A stretch of 64,000 bases of DNA from an uncultured Ectothiorhodospiraceae bacterium (GCA_947259415.1 CAMYMI010000007.1:35565-99564), one strand, 5' to 3'; positions 1-10,133 are shown, counted from the first letter of the stretch. The notes: a model not told the origin generated them from the sequence alone. A program made the numbers and translations.

Positions 1-128
1 CTCCTGACGGACAGGTGCGGGCGACTCCCGCGCCCGTCGTTGACATATCATTTGTATTCAATTAGTTAGCGCGGACATCCTGCGGCCGGTGTCAAATCGC
101 GCCCGTGCCGGTTACTTATGGGGCCGCC

Positions 129-629
129 TCACGATGTTTTCAAGGGTGTCAGGTCTACGCCCTCGTGATCCAGCAGCCACAGCTTGCGCTGCAGTTCGGG
201 TCCGGCCGTGTGCCCGGCATAACCACCGATGCCGGAGGCCCCGACCACGCGGTGACAGGGCACGACGATCGTCAGCGGGTTGTGGCGACAGGCATTGCCC
301 AGGGCGCGGGCGCCACTGCCCAGCTGCACGGCAAGTTCACCGTAGCTCCGGGTCTGTCCGGTCGGGATGGCACTGAGCGCAGTGAGCACGCGTTGCTGGA
401 ACGGCGTTGCGGCTGGCGCAACAGGGACACTGAAGCGCTGCTGTGCATCCTCGAAGTAGCCTTCGAACTCTGCGGCCACCCGTGACGCAAACAGGGAAAC
501 CGGCACCTGCAAGGGCACTGTGTCCGGGAGGAACTCCACCCGGGACAGTTGTCCTGCCTGCAGGCGTATACCCAGCCGCCCCAGTGGCGACTCCAGCACA
601 CAATCAAACCCGGTTTCTGCGTCCTTCAT
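129..629 (-). CDS. ogt: Methylated-DNA--protein-cysteine S-methyltransferase
   Basis: PCHRV active-site motif, TPFQQRV..IP.G...SYG, NP; ATG at 629 chosen over TTG at 641. Confidence 0.93.
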   Translation of the reverse strand: MKDAETGFDCVLESPLGRLGIRLQAGQLSRVEFLPDTVPLQVPVSLFASRVAAEFEGYFEDAQQRFSVPVAPAATPFQQRVLTALSAIPTGQTRSYGELAVQLGSGARALGNACRHNPLTIVVPCHRVVGASGIGGYAGHTAGPELQRKLWLLDHEGVDLTPLKTS

Positions 630-639
630 CTCAGCGGGC

Positions 640-675
640 AAAAAAAACGGGCACCCTGTGACAGGGTGCCCGTTT
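640..675 (-). terminator. Rho-independent terminator after rplS
   Basis: AAACGGGCACCCTGT-G-ACAGGGTGCCCGTTT inverted repeat followed by a T run on the minus strand. Confidence 0.85.
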
Positions 676-705
676 GATCAACAGCAGCATGTCTGCCATC
701 CAGGT

Positions 706-1050
706 TCAGAGCTTCTCCTTGATACGCGCGGACTTGCCGGAGCGCTCACGGAGGTAATAAAGCTTGGCACGGCGGACATCCCCCCGGCGTTTGACCTTGA
801 TGGAGCCGATCGCCGGGCTGTGTGACTGGAATACACGCTCCACACCCTCTCCATGGGATATCTTGCGCACGGTGAAGGCCGAATTGAGGCCGCGGTTACG
901 CATGGCGATGACCACACCCTCGAACGCCTGCAGACGTTCGCGGTTCCCTTCCTTGACCTTGACCTGAACCACGACCGTGTCACCGGGACTGAAGTCCGGA
1001 ATATCCTTTTTCAACTGTTCCTGTTCAAGTTGTTCGATAATATTGCTCAT
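706..1050 (-). CDS. rplS: 50S ribosomal protein L19
   Basis: [12 protein letters not shown]...[10 protein letters not shown]...[11 protein letters not shown]...[10 protein letters not shown]; last gene of the rpsP operon. Confidence 0.98.
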   Translation of the reverse strand: MSNIIEQLEQEQLKKDIPDFSPGDTVVVQVKVKEGNRERLQAFEGVVIAMRNRGLNSAFTVRKISHGEGVERVFQSHSPAIGSIKVKRRGDVRRAKLYYLRERSGKSARIKEKL

Positions 1051-1092
1051 TACCCGATCCTCTGTTTTGCATCCGGGCAGGAACACTGATGA

Positions 1093-1842
1093 TCAATGGT
1101 CCTGCCCGCCACTTTCCTTAATATACTCGTTCAATAATTCCAGCTGAACATCATCCAGCGCCATCGCCTCCAGCAGATCGGGGCGCCGTTGCCAGGTCCG
1201 CCCGAGTGCCTGCTTTTGTCGCCAGCGGCGAATATCCGCATGGTTACCACCCAGCAGGACTACCGGTACCCGTCGTCCGTCAACCTCTTCCGGCCGCGTG
1301 TAATGCGGGTAGTCCAGCAGACCGTCCATAAAGGAGTCCTGCTGCGCGGAATCCGCATCGCCCAGCGCACCGGGCAACATCCGCGTGATGGCGTCCACAA
1401 GCACCAGCACCGGCAACTCACCGCCACTCAGGACGTAGTCACCTATCGACCATTCCTCGTCCACTTCCATTTCGATGACACGTTCATCGATACCTTCGTA
1501 ACGGCCCGCTAACAGGATCAGCCGCTCGAAACCGGCAAGCTCACGGACCCGTGACTGGGTGAGCCGCTGACCCTGGGGTGACAGATATATCACCGGGGCC
1601 TTTCCCGCCGCCGCCCGGGCAGCCCGGATAGCATCCCGCAACGGTTGCACCTGCATCACCATGCCCGGACCACCGCCGTAGGGCCGGTCGTCGACCCCCC
1701 TGTGCTTTTCCCGGCTGTAATCGCGGGGATTCCAGGTCACCAGTTCCAGCAGGCCGAGTCTGAAGGCACGGCCCTGGATACCATAACCGCTTTGCGCCCG
1801 GATCATCTCCGGGAACAGTGTCACCACATCAATGCGCATCAT
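1093..1842 (-). CDS. trmD: tRNA (guanine-N1)-methyltransferase
   Basis: [42 protein letters not shown]. Confidence 0.98.
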   Translation of the reverse strand: MMRIDVVTLFPEMIRAQSGYGIQGRAFRLGLLELVTWNPRDYSREKHRGVDDRPYGGGPGMVMQVQPLRDAIRAARAAAGKAPVIYLSPQGQRLTQSRVRELAGFERLILLAGRYEGIDERVIEMEVDEEWSIGDYVLSGGELPVLVLVDAITRMLPGALGDADSAQQDSFMDGLLDYPHYTRPEEVDGRRVPVVLLGGNHADIRRWRQKQALGRTWQRRPDLLEAMALDDVQLELLNEYIKESGGQDH

Positions 1843-1850
1843 CGGGCGTG

Positions 1851-2387
1851 TCAGAAATCCGGGTCCCAGTCGACCCGTATCTGGCGCCCGGCGAGATCGA
1901 CTGTATTGATCACCTGACCCTGTATAAACGGTACCAGGTATTCCCGTTCGCCCCTGATCACCAGTACGTCATTGGAACCGGTCTCGATCAAATGGTCGAC
2001 GATACCCAGTTCCTTGCCATCCAGAGTAACCACGTGCAGCCCGACAAGGTCATCCCAGTAATACTCATTGTCATCCGTAAGTGGCAATTGCTCCCGGAAA
2101 ATACCGATCTCGGTGCCCGAGTAGCTTGCCGCCATGTCACGGTCTCTGCAATCCGGCAGGCGCACAATCAGACCCTTGCCGTGACGTCGTCCCTCGACCA
2201 CGTCGACGGACTGCCAGACGTTATCCTGCCTGAGTTGCCAGGGCCTGTAGTCCAGCAGGTTCTCCAGCGGCTTCGTATAGGACACGACCCGTACCCAGCC
2301 CTTGACGCCGTAGGGGCCTGCGATATGCCCCATGATGATGGGACTGCTTGCAGCCCTGGTGCCCGGCGTGTCGTGAACAACCACCAT
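1851..2387 (-). CDS. rimM: 16S rRNA processing protein RimM
   Basis: [32 protein letters not shown]-terminal VDWDPDF; synteny. Confidence 0.96.
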   Translation of the reverse strand: MVVVHDTPGTRAASSPIIMGHIAGPYGVKGWVRVVSYTKPLENLLDYRPWQLRQDNVWQSVDVVEGRRHGKGLIVRLPDCRDRDMAASYSGTEIGIFREQLPLTDDNEYYWDDLVGLHVVTLDGKELGIVDHLIETGSNDVLVIRGEREYLVPFIQGQVINTVDLAGRQIRVDWDPDF

Positions 2388-2423
2388 GTAAGTACCGGAT
2401 AACAGCTACCCGGGACGCAGTCG

Positions 2424-2669
2424 TTATTGCTGGCGGTGCTCTTTAAGCAATTTGCCGACGCGCTCGGAGATCTGGGCGCCCTTACCGCTCCAGTAATCTG
2501 CGCGCTCGGTATCAATCCTCAGACGCTCTTCACTACCCGTGGCAATCGGGTTGAAAAAGCCGATACGCTCGATGTAACGACCGTCTCGCCGGTTACGGCT
2601 GTCGGTCACTACGATGTGGTAGAAAGGACGTTTCTTGGCGCCACTGCGTGACATCCTGATCGTCACCAT
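2424..2669 (-). CDS. rpsP: 30S ribosomal protein S16
   Basis: [41 protein letters not shown]. Confidence 0.98.
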   Translation of the reverse strand: MVTIRMSRSGAKKRPFYHIVVTDSRNRRDGRYIERIGFFNPIATGSEERLRIDTERADYWSGKGAQISERVGKLLKEHRQQ

Positions 2670-2739
2670 GAACCTGTTTCCTCATTCAGCTGGGTAATGT
2701 CGCCGCCCCGTGCAGGCCGCAACCGTTTAAAACCGCGCA

Positions 2740-2768
2740 ATTCTACGCGATCGGCAGAAAATGTGAAG
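2740..2768 (-). promoter_or_regulatory. Probable sigma70 promoter of the rpsP operon
   Basis: Minus strand (C)TTCACA-N16/17-TAGAAT followed by GC-rich discriminator TGCGCGG. Confidence 0.6.
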
Positions 2769-2847
2769 GGCTGACAGGCAATCAGTGTAAATGATTAGCC
2801 ACTTGTAACGAACCGGATGATGTGACCTTGTCAATATAGCTGCTATC

Positions 2848-2978
2848 TGTCGAATATCATTACAGCCGGCCAGTTTGAGGCTATTTTTAAAAAGAAAATT
2901 CCTAACTACCTGTATCTATTAATTATTATTTCGACAAGTCAAGCGCCTCGTGGCGGCCGAATGTCGGTAATTATTACA
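2848..2978 (+). promoter_or_regulatory. Two TGTCG-N7-TTACA (TGT-N11-ACA) putative enhancer sites
   Basis: TGTCGAATATCATTACA at 2848-2864 and TGTCGGTAATTATTACA at 2962-2978, upstream of a sigma54 motif. Confidence 0.55.
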
Positions 2979-3051
2979 ATCAGCGGCATCGCTCTCTACT
3001 AACCGTCAAAGAGATGACTCTAAGTGAACGCAATCACTACCATTTTTTATC

Positions 3052-3068
3052 TTGGCACGGTGATTGCT
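3052..3068 (+). promoter_or_regulatory. Sigma54 (-24/-12) promoter
   Basis: TTGGCACG-GTGA-TTGCT, exact match to TGGCACG-N4-TTGCW. Confidence 0.85.
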
Positions 3069-3079
3069 GTCTTATCTAC

Positions 3080-3259
3080 GCTGATCAGTCGAAGTTTCGC
3101 GGAGGAGTTTTCACCCGGAGCATAAAAAATTCGAACTCATTGCATACAACAATAACCGGGTTCGCGCACGGCAATAATTAAAACAAGCGGTCAATAACAA
3201 GAAAAACCAGCCGAATTCGCGCAACATTTCACGGTGGCCCTGGCCACCGTTTTTATTTT
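3080..3259 (+). ncRNA. Putative sigma54-dependent A-rich sRNA (CrcZ-like architecture)
   Basis: Lies between a sigma54 promoter and a plus-strand terminator; no ATG-initiated ORF; AANAANAA motifs at 3148 and 3193. Confidence 0.65.
3231..3259 (+). terminator. Rho-independent terminator (plus strand)
   Basis: ACGGTGGC-CCTG-GCCACCGT followed by TTTTATTTT; U tract present only on the plus strand. Confidence 0.8.
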
Positions 3260-3286
3260 CTGCCGGGCGCCGCCGGCACCACCAGT

Positions 3287-4654
3287 TCACATACCCTGGA
3301 ACGGAAAACCCTGGGGTGCCTTACCCTTGAGTCCACGCAGCATCTTGCCCATACCGCCCTTGGACATCTTCTTCATCATCTTGCGCATCTGGATGTATTG
3401 CTTGAGAAGCCGGTTCACATCCTGTACCTGGGTCCCGGATCCGGCCGCAATACGCCGCCGGCGTGAGCCCTTGATAACATCCGGAAAATGGCGTTCCTGC
3501 TGTGTCATGGAGCTGATGATCGCGACCATGCGACTGAGATCACGGTCATTCACCATTGACTTGGCGTTCTGTGGCAATTGACCCATACCCGGCAATTTGT
3601 CCATTAACCCGGACAAGCCACCCATGTTCTGCATCTGTTCGAGCTGTTCGCGGAAGTCATCCATGTCAAAACGCTTTCCCCTGGAGATCTTGTTGGCCAG
3701 CCGGGCGACCTTTTCCTTGTCAACCTTCTGCTCGGCCTCTTCCACCAGGCTGAGCACATCACCCATCCCCAGAATGCGCGAGGCCACCCGGTCAGGGTAG
3801 AACGGTTCCAGGGCGGCCGTCTTTTCTCCGACACCGATGAACTTGATGGGCTTGCCGGTAATCGAGCGAATTGACAGGGCCGCACCACCCCGGGCATCAC
3901 CGTCGGTCTTGGTGAGGATCACGCCGGTCAGTGGCAGGGCCTCGTTGAAGGTATGCGCGGTATTGGCCGCGTCCTGGCCGGTCATGCTGTCAACCACGAA
4001 GAGTGTCTCGACCGGCTGCAGTACCTGATGAATCTGATGGATCTCTTCCATCATTTCATCATCGATGTGAAGGCGGCCTGCGGTATCGATGATCACCACA
4101 TCGATGTGATGCCTGCGCGCATGCGCCACGGCATCCCGGGCGATAGCGACCGGCTCCTGGTCGGGATGACTCGGAAAGAATTTCGCACCGACCTCCCTGG
4201 ACAGGGTTTGCAACTGGTCGATCGCAGCCGGACGGTATATGTCACAACTCGCCAACAGTACCGACTTTTTGTGGCGTTCCTGTAACAGGCGTGCCAGCTT
4301 GGCACTGCTGGTGGTCTTGCCGGATCCCTGCAGACCGGCCATCAGGATAACCGCAGGCGGCTGGACACTGAGGTTCAGGGCATCGTTGGCCTCGCCCATG
4401 ACCCGGACGAGTTCATCGTTCACCACCTTGACCAGGGTCTGGCCCGGGGTCAGGCTTTTCAGCACCTCCTGGCCAGTAGCACGTTCCCGCACCCTGTCGA
4501 TGAAGTCCTTGACGACCGGCAGGGCGACATCGGCCTCGAGCAGTGCCATGCGGACTTCCCGCAAGGTCTCCTTGATATTGTCCTCGGTCAGCCGGCCCTG
4601 GCCACGCAGATTCTTGATGGTTCGGGAAAGGCGTTCAGTAAGATTGTCGAACAT
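3287..4654 (-). CDS. ffh: Signal recognition particle protein Ffh
   Basis: GLQGSGKTT, DTAGR, TKTDGDARGG, Met-rich M domain with SRRRRIAAGSG. Confidence 0.98.
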   Translation of the reverse strand: MFDNLTERLSRTIKNLRGQGRLTEDNIKETLREVRMALLEADVALPVVKDFIDRVRERATGQEVLKSLTPGQTLVKVVNDELVRVMGEANDALNLSVQPPAVILMAGLQGSGKTTSSAKLARLLQERHKKSVLLASCDIYRPAAIDQLQTLSREVGAKFFPSHPDQEPVAIARDAVAHARRHHIDVVIIDTAGRLHIDDEMMEEIHQIHQVLQPVETLFVVDSMTGQDAANTAHTFNEALPLTGVILTKTDGDARGGAALSIRSITGKPIKFIGVGEKTAALEPFYPDRVASRILGMGDVLSLVEEAEQKVDKEKVARLANKISRGKRFDMDDFREQLEQMQNMGGLSGLMDKLPGMGQLPQNAKSMVNDRDLSRMVAIISSMTQQERHFPDVIKGSRRRRIAAGSGTQVQDVNRLLKQYIQMRKMMKKMSKGGMGKMLRGLKGKAPQGFPFQGM

Positions 4655-4821
4655 GGTTCAGGTATTGTTTGCAAACGGAATCGAAGTGCGCATTATAACC
4701 GGAATGAAAATACCAGGGGCTGGATCGTTTTCTGTGCCCTTGCCGCTTGACGGACAGCGCTTCAATGCCTTACAAAGTTATGCGATGATGACCTCATGAA
4801 ATCCGGACGCCAGCCTTTGCT

Positions 4822-5634
4822 ATGACATCCTACATTCCCGGATTGCTCGCCATCATACTTTACGTGCTGGCCAGCGGTCTGCTGACTGCACGACTGGCAC
4901 ATGGACCGGGCGAGAGGGCCAGCCAGAAAACCCAGATCCTGATTATCGCTGTCGCTGCAATAGTGATTCATGGCGGACTGCTCTACCAGTCGATTCTGAC
5001 GCCGGCCGGTATGGACCTCGGATTCTTCAACGCCGCCTCGCTGATCTCACTGTTGACCGCGACCCTGCTGTTGCTGGCCTCGTTCCAGGAGCCGGTCGAA
5101 AACCTGGGTATCCCGGTATTTGCAGTGGCCGCCCTCAGCATCGGCCTCGGCCTCCTCTATCCAACCGACCGGATCATTACCAGCGGGACCCAATCCTGGC
5201 AGCTGGATACCCATATCCTGATCTCGCTACTGGCCTACAGCGTGCTGGGCCTGGCCGTGCTGCAGGCGCTGCTGCTGGCCATCCAGGACTATCATCTGCA
5301 CAACCGCCAGCCCGGCGGTTTTATCCGCTCACTACCGCCGCTGCAGACCATGGAATCGCTGATGTTCCAGATGATCCGGATCGGTTTTGTCCTGTTGAGC
5401 CTGGCGCTGTTCACCGGAGTCCTGTTCCTGGAGGATATCTTTGCCCAGCATCTGGTGCACAAGACTGTCCTGTCCATCGTCGCCTGGCTGGTGTTCGCCA
5501 CCCTGCTCTGGGGTCGCTGGCGTTTTGGCTGGCGCGGTCAGGTTGCCATCCGCTGGACCGTGGGTGGATTCGTGTTTCTGATGCTCGCCTATTTCGGCAG
5601 CAAACTGGTGCTGGAGCTGATTCTCAACCGCTGA
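4822..5634 (+). CDS. ypjD: YpjD/CcsA-like cytochrome c assembly family inner membrane protein
   Basis: Multi-TM; LPPLQTME, HKTVLS..AW, LAYFGSK; divergent from ffh as in other Gammaproteobacteria. Confidence 0.88.
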   Translation: MTSYIPGLLAIILYVLASGLLTARLAHGPGERASQKTQILIIAVAAIVIHGGLLYQSILTPAGMDLGFFNAASLISLLTATLLLLASFQEPVENLGIPVFAVAALSIGLGLLYPTDRIITSGTQSWQLDTHILISLLAYSVLGLAVLQALLLAIQDYHLHNRQPGGFIRSLPPLQTMESLMFQMIRIGFVLLSLALFTGVLFLEDIFAQHLVHKTVLSIVAWLVFATLLWGRWRFGWRGQVAIRWTVGGFVFLMLAYFGSKLVLELILNR

Positions 5635-5708
5635 TGGCCGCAATTCCTGACAGGCCCGGCAAAATTACGTAAACTGGCGACTGGCCACTATCACGAGACT
5701 GTCCCCGT

Positions 5709-7001
5709 TTGGACGACATCCCGCTCAACATACTTCTGGTCGCGCTGTTTTTTCTCATCCTGCTCTCCGCCTTCTTCTCCGGCTCCGAAACCGGTCTGAT
5801 GACGCTGAATCGTTACCGGCTTCGCAATCTGGCAGAAAGCGGTCACCCCAATGCCCGCCGAGCCGAGCGTTTACTGAAACGACCGGACCGGTTGATCGGA
5901 CTGATCCTGCTCGGCAACAATTTTGTCAACATCCTGGCCTCCATGCTTGCCACGATCATTGCCCTGCGCCTTCTGGGGGAGGCCGGGATCGCGATTGCGG
6001 CCGGACTGCTGACACTGGTTGTGCTGATATTCGCCGAGGTGGCACCGAAAACACTGGGCGCATTGCATCCGGAGCGCATCGCCTTTCCGGCGGCCTTTGT
6101 CTATACACCGCTACTCAAAGTACTTTATCCGCTGGTGTGGCTGGTCAATCTCCTGGCCAACACCCTGCTGAAACGGCTGGGGGTATCGACAGAAGAAGGC
6201 GGGTCCACCGCCCTCTCACACGAGGAGCTGCGCACCGTGGTCATCGAAGCGGGTGCTATGATCCCGGCACGTCACCAGGAAATGCTGCTCAACCTGATGG
6301 ATCTCGAACAAGTGACCGTCGAAGACATCATGGTGCCGCGCAACGAGATTACCGGTGTCGACATCGACGACGACTGGGAGGCGATCACCAAGCAGCTTGC
6401 CGCCAGTCAGTACACACGGCTGCCACTGTACCGCGACAATATCGACCAGGTCATAGGCATCCTGCACATGCGTGATGTGCTGCCACTATTGAACCTCAAG
6501 GAACTCGACCGGGTTGCCTTGCGGCGCATCGTACGCGAACCCTACTTCATCCCGGAGGCGACCACGCTGAATCACCAGCTGCTTAATTTTCAGCGAGAAA
6601 AACGCCGTATCGGCTTCGCCGTCAATGAATACGGCGATATCCAGGGCCTGGTGACACTCGAGGACATCCTGGAAGAGATTGTCGGCGAGTTTACCTCGGA
6701 CCCTGCCGCACATTTCGAAAACATCATTACGCAGCCGGACGGTACCTGGCTGGTTGATGGTTCGGTCAATATCCGTACCCTGAATTCGGTACTGCGAATG
6801 CAGCTCCCCACCGACGGGCCGAAGACCCTGAATGGCCTGATCACCGAATACCTGGAGATGATCCCGGAAACCGATACCAGCCTGTTACTCGACCAGCACC
6901 CGGTCGATATCATCCAGATCAGGGAGAATATGGTGAAGACGGCTCGCATCCATCCGGCGCTCCCTGAAACCGGCGAACAGGAACCGGCAGACCAATCATG
7001 A
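5709..7001 (+). CDS. yfjD: HlyC/CorC (CNNM-CBS-CorC) family protein
   Basis: SAFFSGSET, EVAPKT, DIMVPR, GLVTLEDILEEIVGEF; TTG start. Confidence 0.9.
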   Translation: MDDIPLNILLVALFFLILLSAFFSGSETGLMTLNRYRLRNLAESGHPNARRAERLLKRPDRLIGLILLGNNFVNILASMLATIIALRLLGEAGIAIAAGLLTLVVLIFAEVAPKTLGALHPERIAFPAAFVYTPLLKVLYPLVWLVNLLANTLLKRLGVSTEEGGSTALSHEELRTVVIEAGAMIPARHQEMLLNLMDLEQVTVEDIMVPRNEITGVDIDDDWEAITKQLAASQYTRLPLYRDNIDQVIGILHMRDVLPLLNLKELDRVALRRIVREPYFIPEATTLNHQLLNFQREKRRIGFAVNEYGDIQGLVTLEDILEEIVGEFTSDPAAHFENIITQPDGTWLVDGSVNIRTLNSVLRMQLPTDGPKTLNGLITEYLEMIPETDTSLLLDQHPVDIIQIRENMVKTARIHPALPETGEQEPADQS

Positions 7002-7267
7002 AACTCTTGTTCAATCTTGATGTCATCGAAGGTAACCGGATAAAGGCACGTCCCAGTGACTATCTACGCTCGCTACCACATGAGCGGCAACTCGAGGAAG
7101 TCACGGAATTCCTGCGCTGGGCCGAGAACGAGGCCAGGACGAACCAGGATCCCAAGACCCGTGCAGAGGCCGAGATCGGCGTAGTCACCGCGCGGGAATT
7201 CCTGGAGAAACTGGGACAGGCGGAATCCGTCATCTACACGGGTGACAATGACAGGAGCCGATCATGA
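6998..7267 (+). CDS. Small hypothetical protein
   Basis: 89 aa, ATGA overlaps with both neighbours, protein-like composition. Confidence 0.65.
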   Translation: MKLLFNLDVIEGNRIKARPSDYLRSLPHERQLEEVTEFLRWAENEARTNQDPKTRAEAEIGVVTAREFLEKLGQAESVIYTGDNDRSRS

Positions 7268-7665
7268 CCGACAAGATCGATAAAACCGACGCCGAATGGC
7301 GCAGGCAATTAACGCAGGAACAATACGAGGTCACGCGCTGCAAGGGCACGGAACGCGCCTTCACGGGTATTTACCATGACTGCAGGGACAGCGGCATCTA
7401 CCGCTGTGTCTGCTGTGGTGCCGAGCTGTTCAAATCGGATGACAAGTTTGATTCCGGTACCGGCTGGCCGAGTTTCACGCGGGCGGCGGACGCACAGAAT
7501 ATTCATACCGAGACCGACACCAGCCATGGCATGGTGCGCACCGAGGTCACTTGCCGGCACTGTGGCGCCCACCTGGGACATGTCTTCGAGGACGGGCCGG
7601 CCCCGACCGGCCAGCGCTACTGCATCAATTCCCTGTCGCTGAACCTGGTGAAAGACGAAGGCTGA
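7264..7665 (+). CDS. msrB: Peptide-methionine (R)-S-oxide reductase
   Basis: GTERAF, CVCC/CRHC zinc ligands, [26 protein letters not shown]. Confidence 0.97.
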   Translation: MTDKIDKTDAEWRRQLTQEQYEVTRCKGTERAFTGIYHDCRDSGIYRCVCCGAELFKSDDKFDSGTGWPSFTRAADAQNIHTETDTSHGMVRTEVTCRHCGAHLGHVFEDGPAPTGQRYCINSLSLNLVKDEG

Positions 7666-7814
7666 GCCGCAGCCCGCGCCAGCGGCTGGCTGACCAGCTG
7701 CCTGGCCTGATAACGACACGCCAAATGCCAAAAATGTGGCGTATGCACGTTGCCCTGACCATATAAATCCTATACTTGTCCCAATGATCCGCTTTCCTTG
7801 AGCGAGGAATCGGC

Positions 7815-8777
7815 ATGGCGAAACTCATATTGTCCTATCAAGGTCAGCCGAGAAAAAACTACTTCCTTGGCAACGAGGAAGTAGTTGTCGGCCGTGACCA
7901 GCGCTGTAGCGTGCATATCAACGATCCCGGGATGCTGCCGGAGCATGCCAGAATTACCCTGGACAACGGCGTCTACACGATCAGCGCGGAGGGAGTCGAC
8001 CGGGAATTACTGGTCAACCATGGGCACGTGCGCCAGCATGCCCTCAGGGACGGCGACATCATCCACTGCGGTGACTACACCCTGACATACGCCGAGGACC
8101 ACGGCCTGGCGGGAAGCCTGCTGAAGGCGATCCCCCCCGCCACCGGCTGGCTGCAGATACTAACGGGCCCCAACGAGGGCCGTGTGATCATCCTGAACAG
8201 ACCGGCACTGCGTCTTGGCAAGGCCGGTGTCATGACCGCAATCATAACCCGTCAGGACGACGGCTATTACCTGACTCACCTCGATGGCAGCAAACACCCG
8301 CAGATCAATGAGACGACAGTCGCTGACAGGGCATATCCCCTGAATCACGGTGACCACATCCACTTCGGCGAGATCGAGCTCAAGGTCCTGCTGGGCTACG
8401 CCACGGCCGATGAGGTCGACACTCAGCCACCCCCGCAGAGACGTCACACCCGTATCTCCCTGGATACCCCTGCCTCACTCACCCTGGGGGGGCTGCACTG
8501 GGACACCCGCGTGATCGACCTCTCGCTCGGCGGTGCACTGATCACGCGCCCGGTCGACTGGTCGAACAGTACCTGGGAACGCTACCGCCTGCGCTTCGAG
8601 GTGGAGGATCACGCCCCGCTGAATATCGAGACCGTCATCCGGCACGTTAGCGAAAAACACCTTGGGCTGGCCTTCAGCAACATGGATGACCGCACCCGGG
8701 GTGTGCTGCACTGGCTGATCGAGACGAACCTGGGGGATCCGGCGCTGTTTGAATACGAACTGTCAGTCCAGAGATGA
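7815..8777 (+). CDS. Tandem FHA-like domains plus C-terminal PilZ domain protein
   Basis: VGRD...HARI...L.DGD.I FHA pattern twice (second degenerate); PilZ RRHTR and DLSLGG motifs. Confidence 0.75.
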   Translation: MAKLILSYQGQPRKNYFLGNEEVVVGRDQRCSVHINDPGMLPEHARITLDNGVYTISAEGVDRELLVNHGHVRQHALRDGDIIHCGDYTLTYAEDHGLAGSLLKAIPPATGWLQILTGPNEGRVIILNRPALRLGKAGVMTAIITRQDDGYYLTHLDGSKHPQINETTVADRAYPLNHGDHIHFGEIELKVLLGYATADEVDTQPPPQRRHTRISLDTPASLTLGGLHWDTRVIDLSLGGALITRPVDWSNSTWERYRLRFEVEDHAPLNIETVIRHVSEKHLGLAFSNMDDRTRGVLHWLIETNLGDPALFEYELSVQR

Positions 8778-10133
8778 CAGCTGTTCGAGCACGTCACTGA
8801 GCCGCGTCACCGCCCTGATCTCCAGCCCCTCGACGGCACCTTTGGGCTTGTTTGCCACCGGAATGATGGCGCGGTGAAAGCCGTGCTTGACCGCCTCGCT
8901 GAGCCGGTCCTGACCATTAGGCACCGGGCGCAGCTCGCCCGACAGTCCCACCTCACCGAACACGATCAGGTCAGCGGGCAGGGGCCGGTTCCTGAAACTG
9001 GAGATGACCGCCAGTAGCACCGCCAGGTCGGCCGCGGTCTCCGTGACACGGACACCGCCGACCACATTGACGAACACATCCTGGTCGCCCATGACAAGAC
9101 CGCCATGGCGGTGCAGTACGGCCAGCAGCATGGACAGGCGGTTCTGTTCGAGGCCCAGGGTCACCCGCCGGGGGTTGCCCAGCTGGCTCTGATCCACCAG
9201 GGCCTGCACCTCGACCAGCAACGGCCGGGTACCCTCCCAGGTGACCATCACCACGCTGCCGGGCACACCGGTCTCATGACGTGACAAAAAGATGGCCGAG
9301 GGATTGCGCACTTCCTTGAGGCCTGTCTCTGTCATGGCAAACACGCCCAACTCGTTGACGGCACCGAAGCGGTTCTTGATGGCGCGCAGCATGCGGTAAC
9401 GGTCACCGGCATCGCCCTCGAAATACAGCACCGTGTCGACCATGTGCTCCAGTACCCGCGGACCAGCCAGCGTCCCTTCCTTGGTGACATGACCGACCAG
9501 GAACATCGCGGTACCGGACTGTTTGGCAAAACTCACCAGCTGGGCGGCACTCTCCCTGACCTGGGCCACCGAACCCGGCGCCGATTGCAGGGTCTCTGTG
9601 TACAGTGTCTGGATGGAGTCCAGCACCATCACCCGGGGCCTTTCTTTGCGCGCCGTCTCGATGATGCGCTCCACCGAGGTCTCCGACATCAGGCGCACAT
9701 CACCCCCGTCGAGCCCGATCCGTTCCGCCCGCAGCGAGATCTGTTCCGGTGATTCCTCGCCCGTTACATACAACGAGGCCATGCCGCAGGAGAGGGCCGC
9801 GAGGACCTGCAGCAGCAGGGTCGACTTGCCGATCCCCGGATCACCCCCGATCAGCACCACGGAGCCGGTGACCAGGCCACCCCCGAGGACCCGGTCAAGC
9901 TCCTGCAGGCCGACACTGGTACGCAGGTGAGAATCCGGCTGAACGGCTGAAAGCGGGATCACCGTCGCCGCGCTGTCTCCGGCATAGCCGGCGAAACGTC
10001 CGGAACGGGTGGGCGCCACCGCGACCGCCTCGACCAGCGTGTTCCAGGCACCGCAGTCGGTACAGCGGCCGGACCACTGGGGTGACCGGGCTCCGCAGTC
10101 GCTGCAGGTATAGACTGTCTTGGCTTTAGCCAT
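8763..10133 (-). CDS. radA: DNA repair protein RadA/Sms
   Basis: N-terminal C4 zinc finger, GDPGIGKSTLL, KNRFG, Lon-like C-terminus. Confidence 0.98.
   Translation of the reverse strand: MAKAKTVYTCSDCGARSPQWSGRCTDCGAWNTLVEAVAVAPTRSGRFAGYAGDSAATVIPLSAVQPDSHLRTSVGLQELDRVLGGGLVTGSVVLIGGDPGIGKSTLLLQVLAALSCGMASLYVTGEESPEQISLRAERIGLDGGDVRLMSETSVERIIETARKERPRVMVLDSIQTLYTETLQSAPGSVAQVRESAAQLVSFAKQSGTAMFLVGHVTKEGTLAGPRVLEHMVDTVLYFEGDAGDRYRMLRAIKNRFGAVNELGVFAMTETGLKEVRNPSAIFLSRHETGVPGSVVMVTWEGTRPLLVEVQALVDQSQLGNPRRVTLGLEQNRLSMLLAVLHRHGGLVMGDQDVFVNVVGGVRVTETAADLAVLLAVISSFRNRPLPADLIVFGEVGLSGELRPVPNGQDRLSEAVKHGFHRAIIPVANKPKGAVEGLEIRAVTRLSDVLEQLSSLD

Noticed and set aside
1-41. Hairpin ending in GTCGT, reminiscent of the CTCGG...GTCGT element
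   Set aside because: Truncated by the window edge; similarity is too short to call
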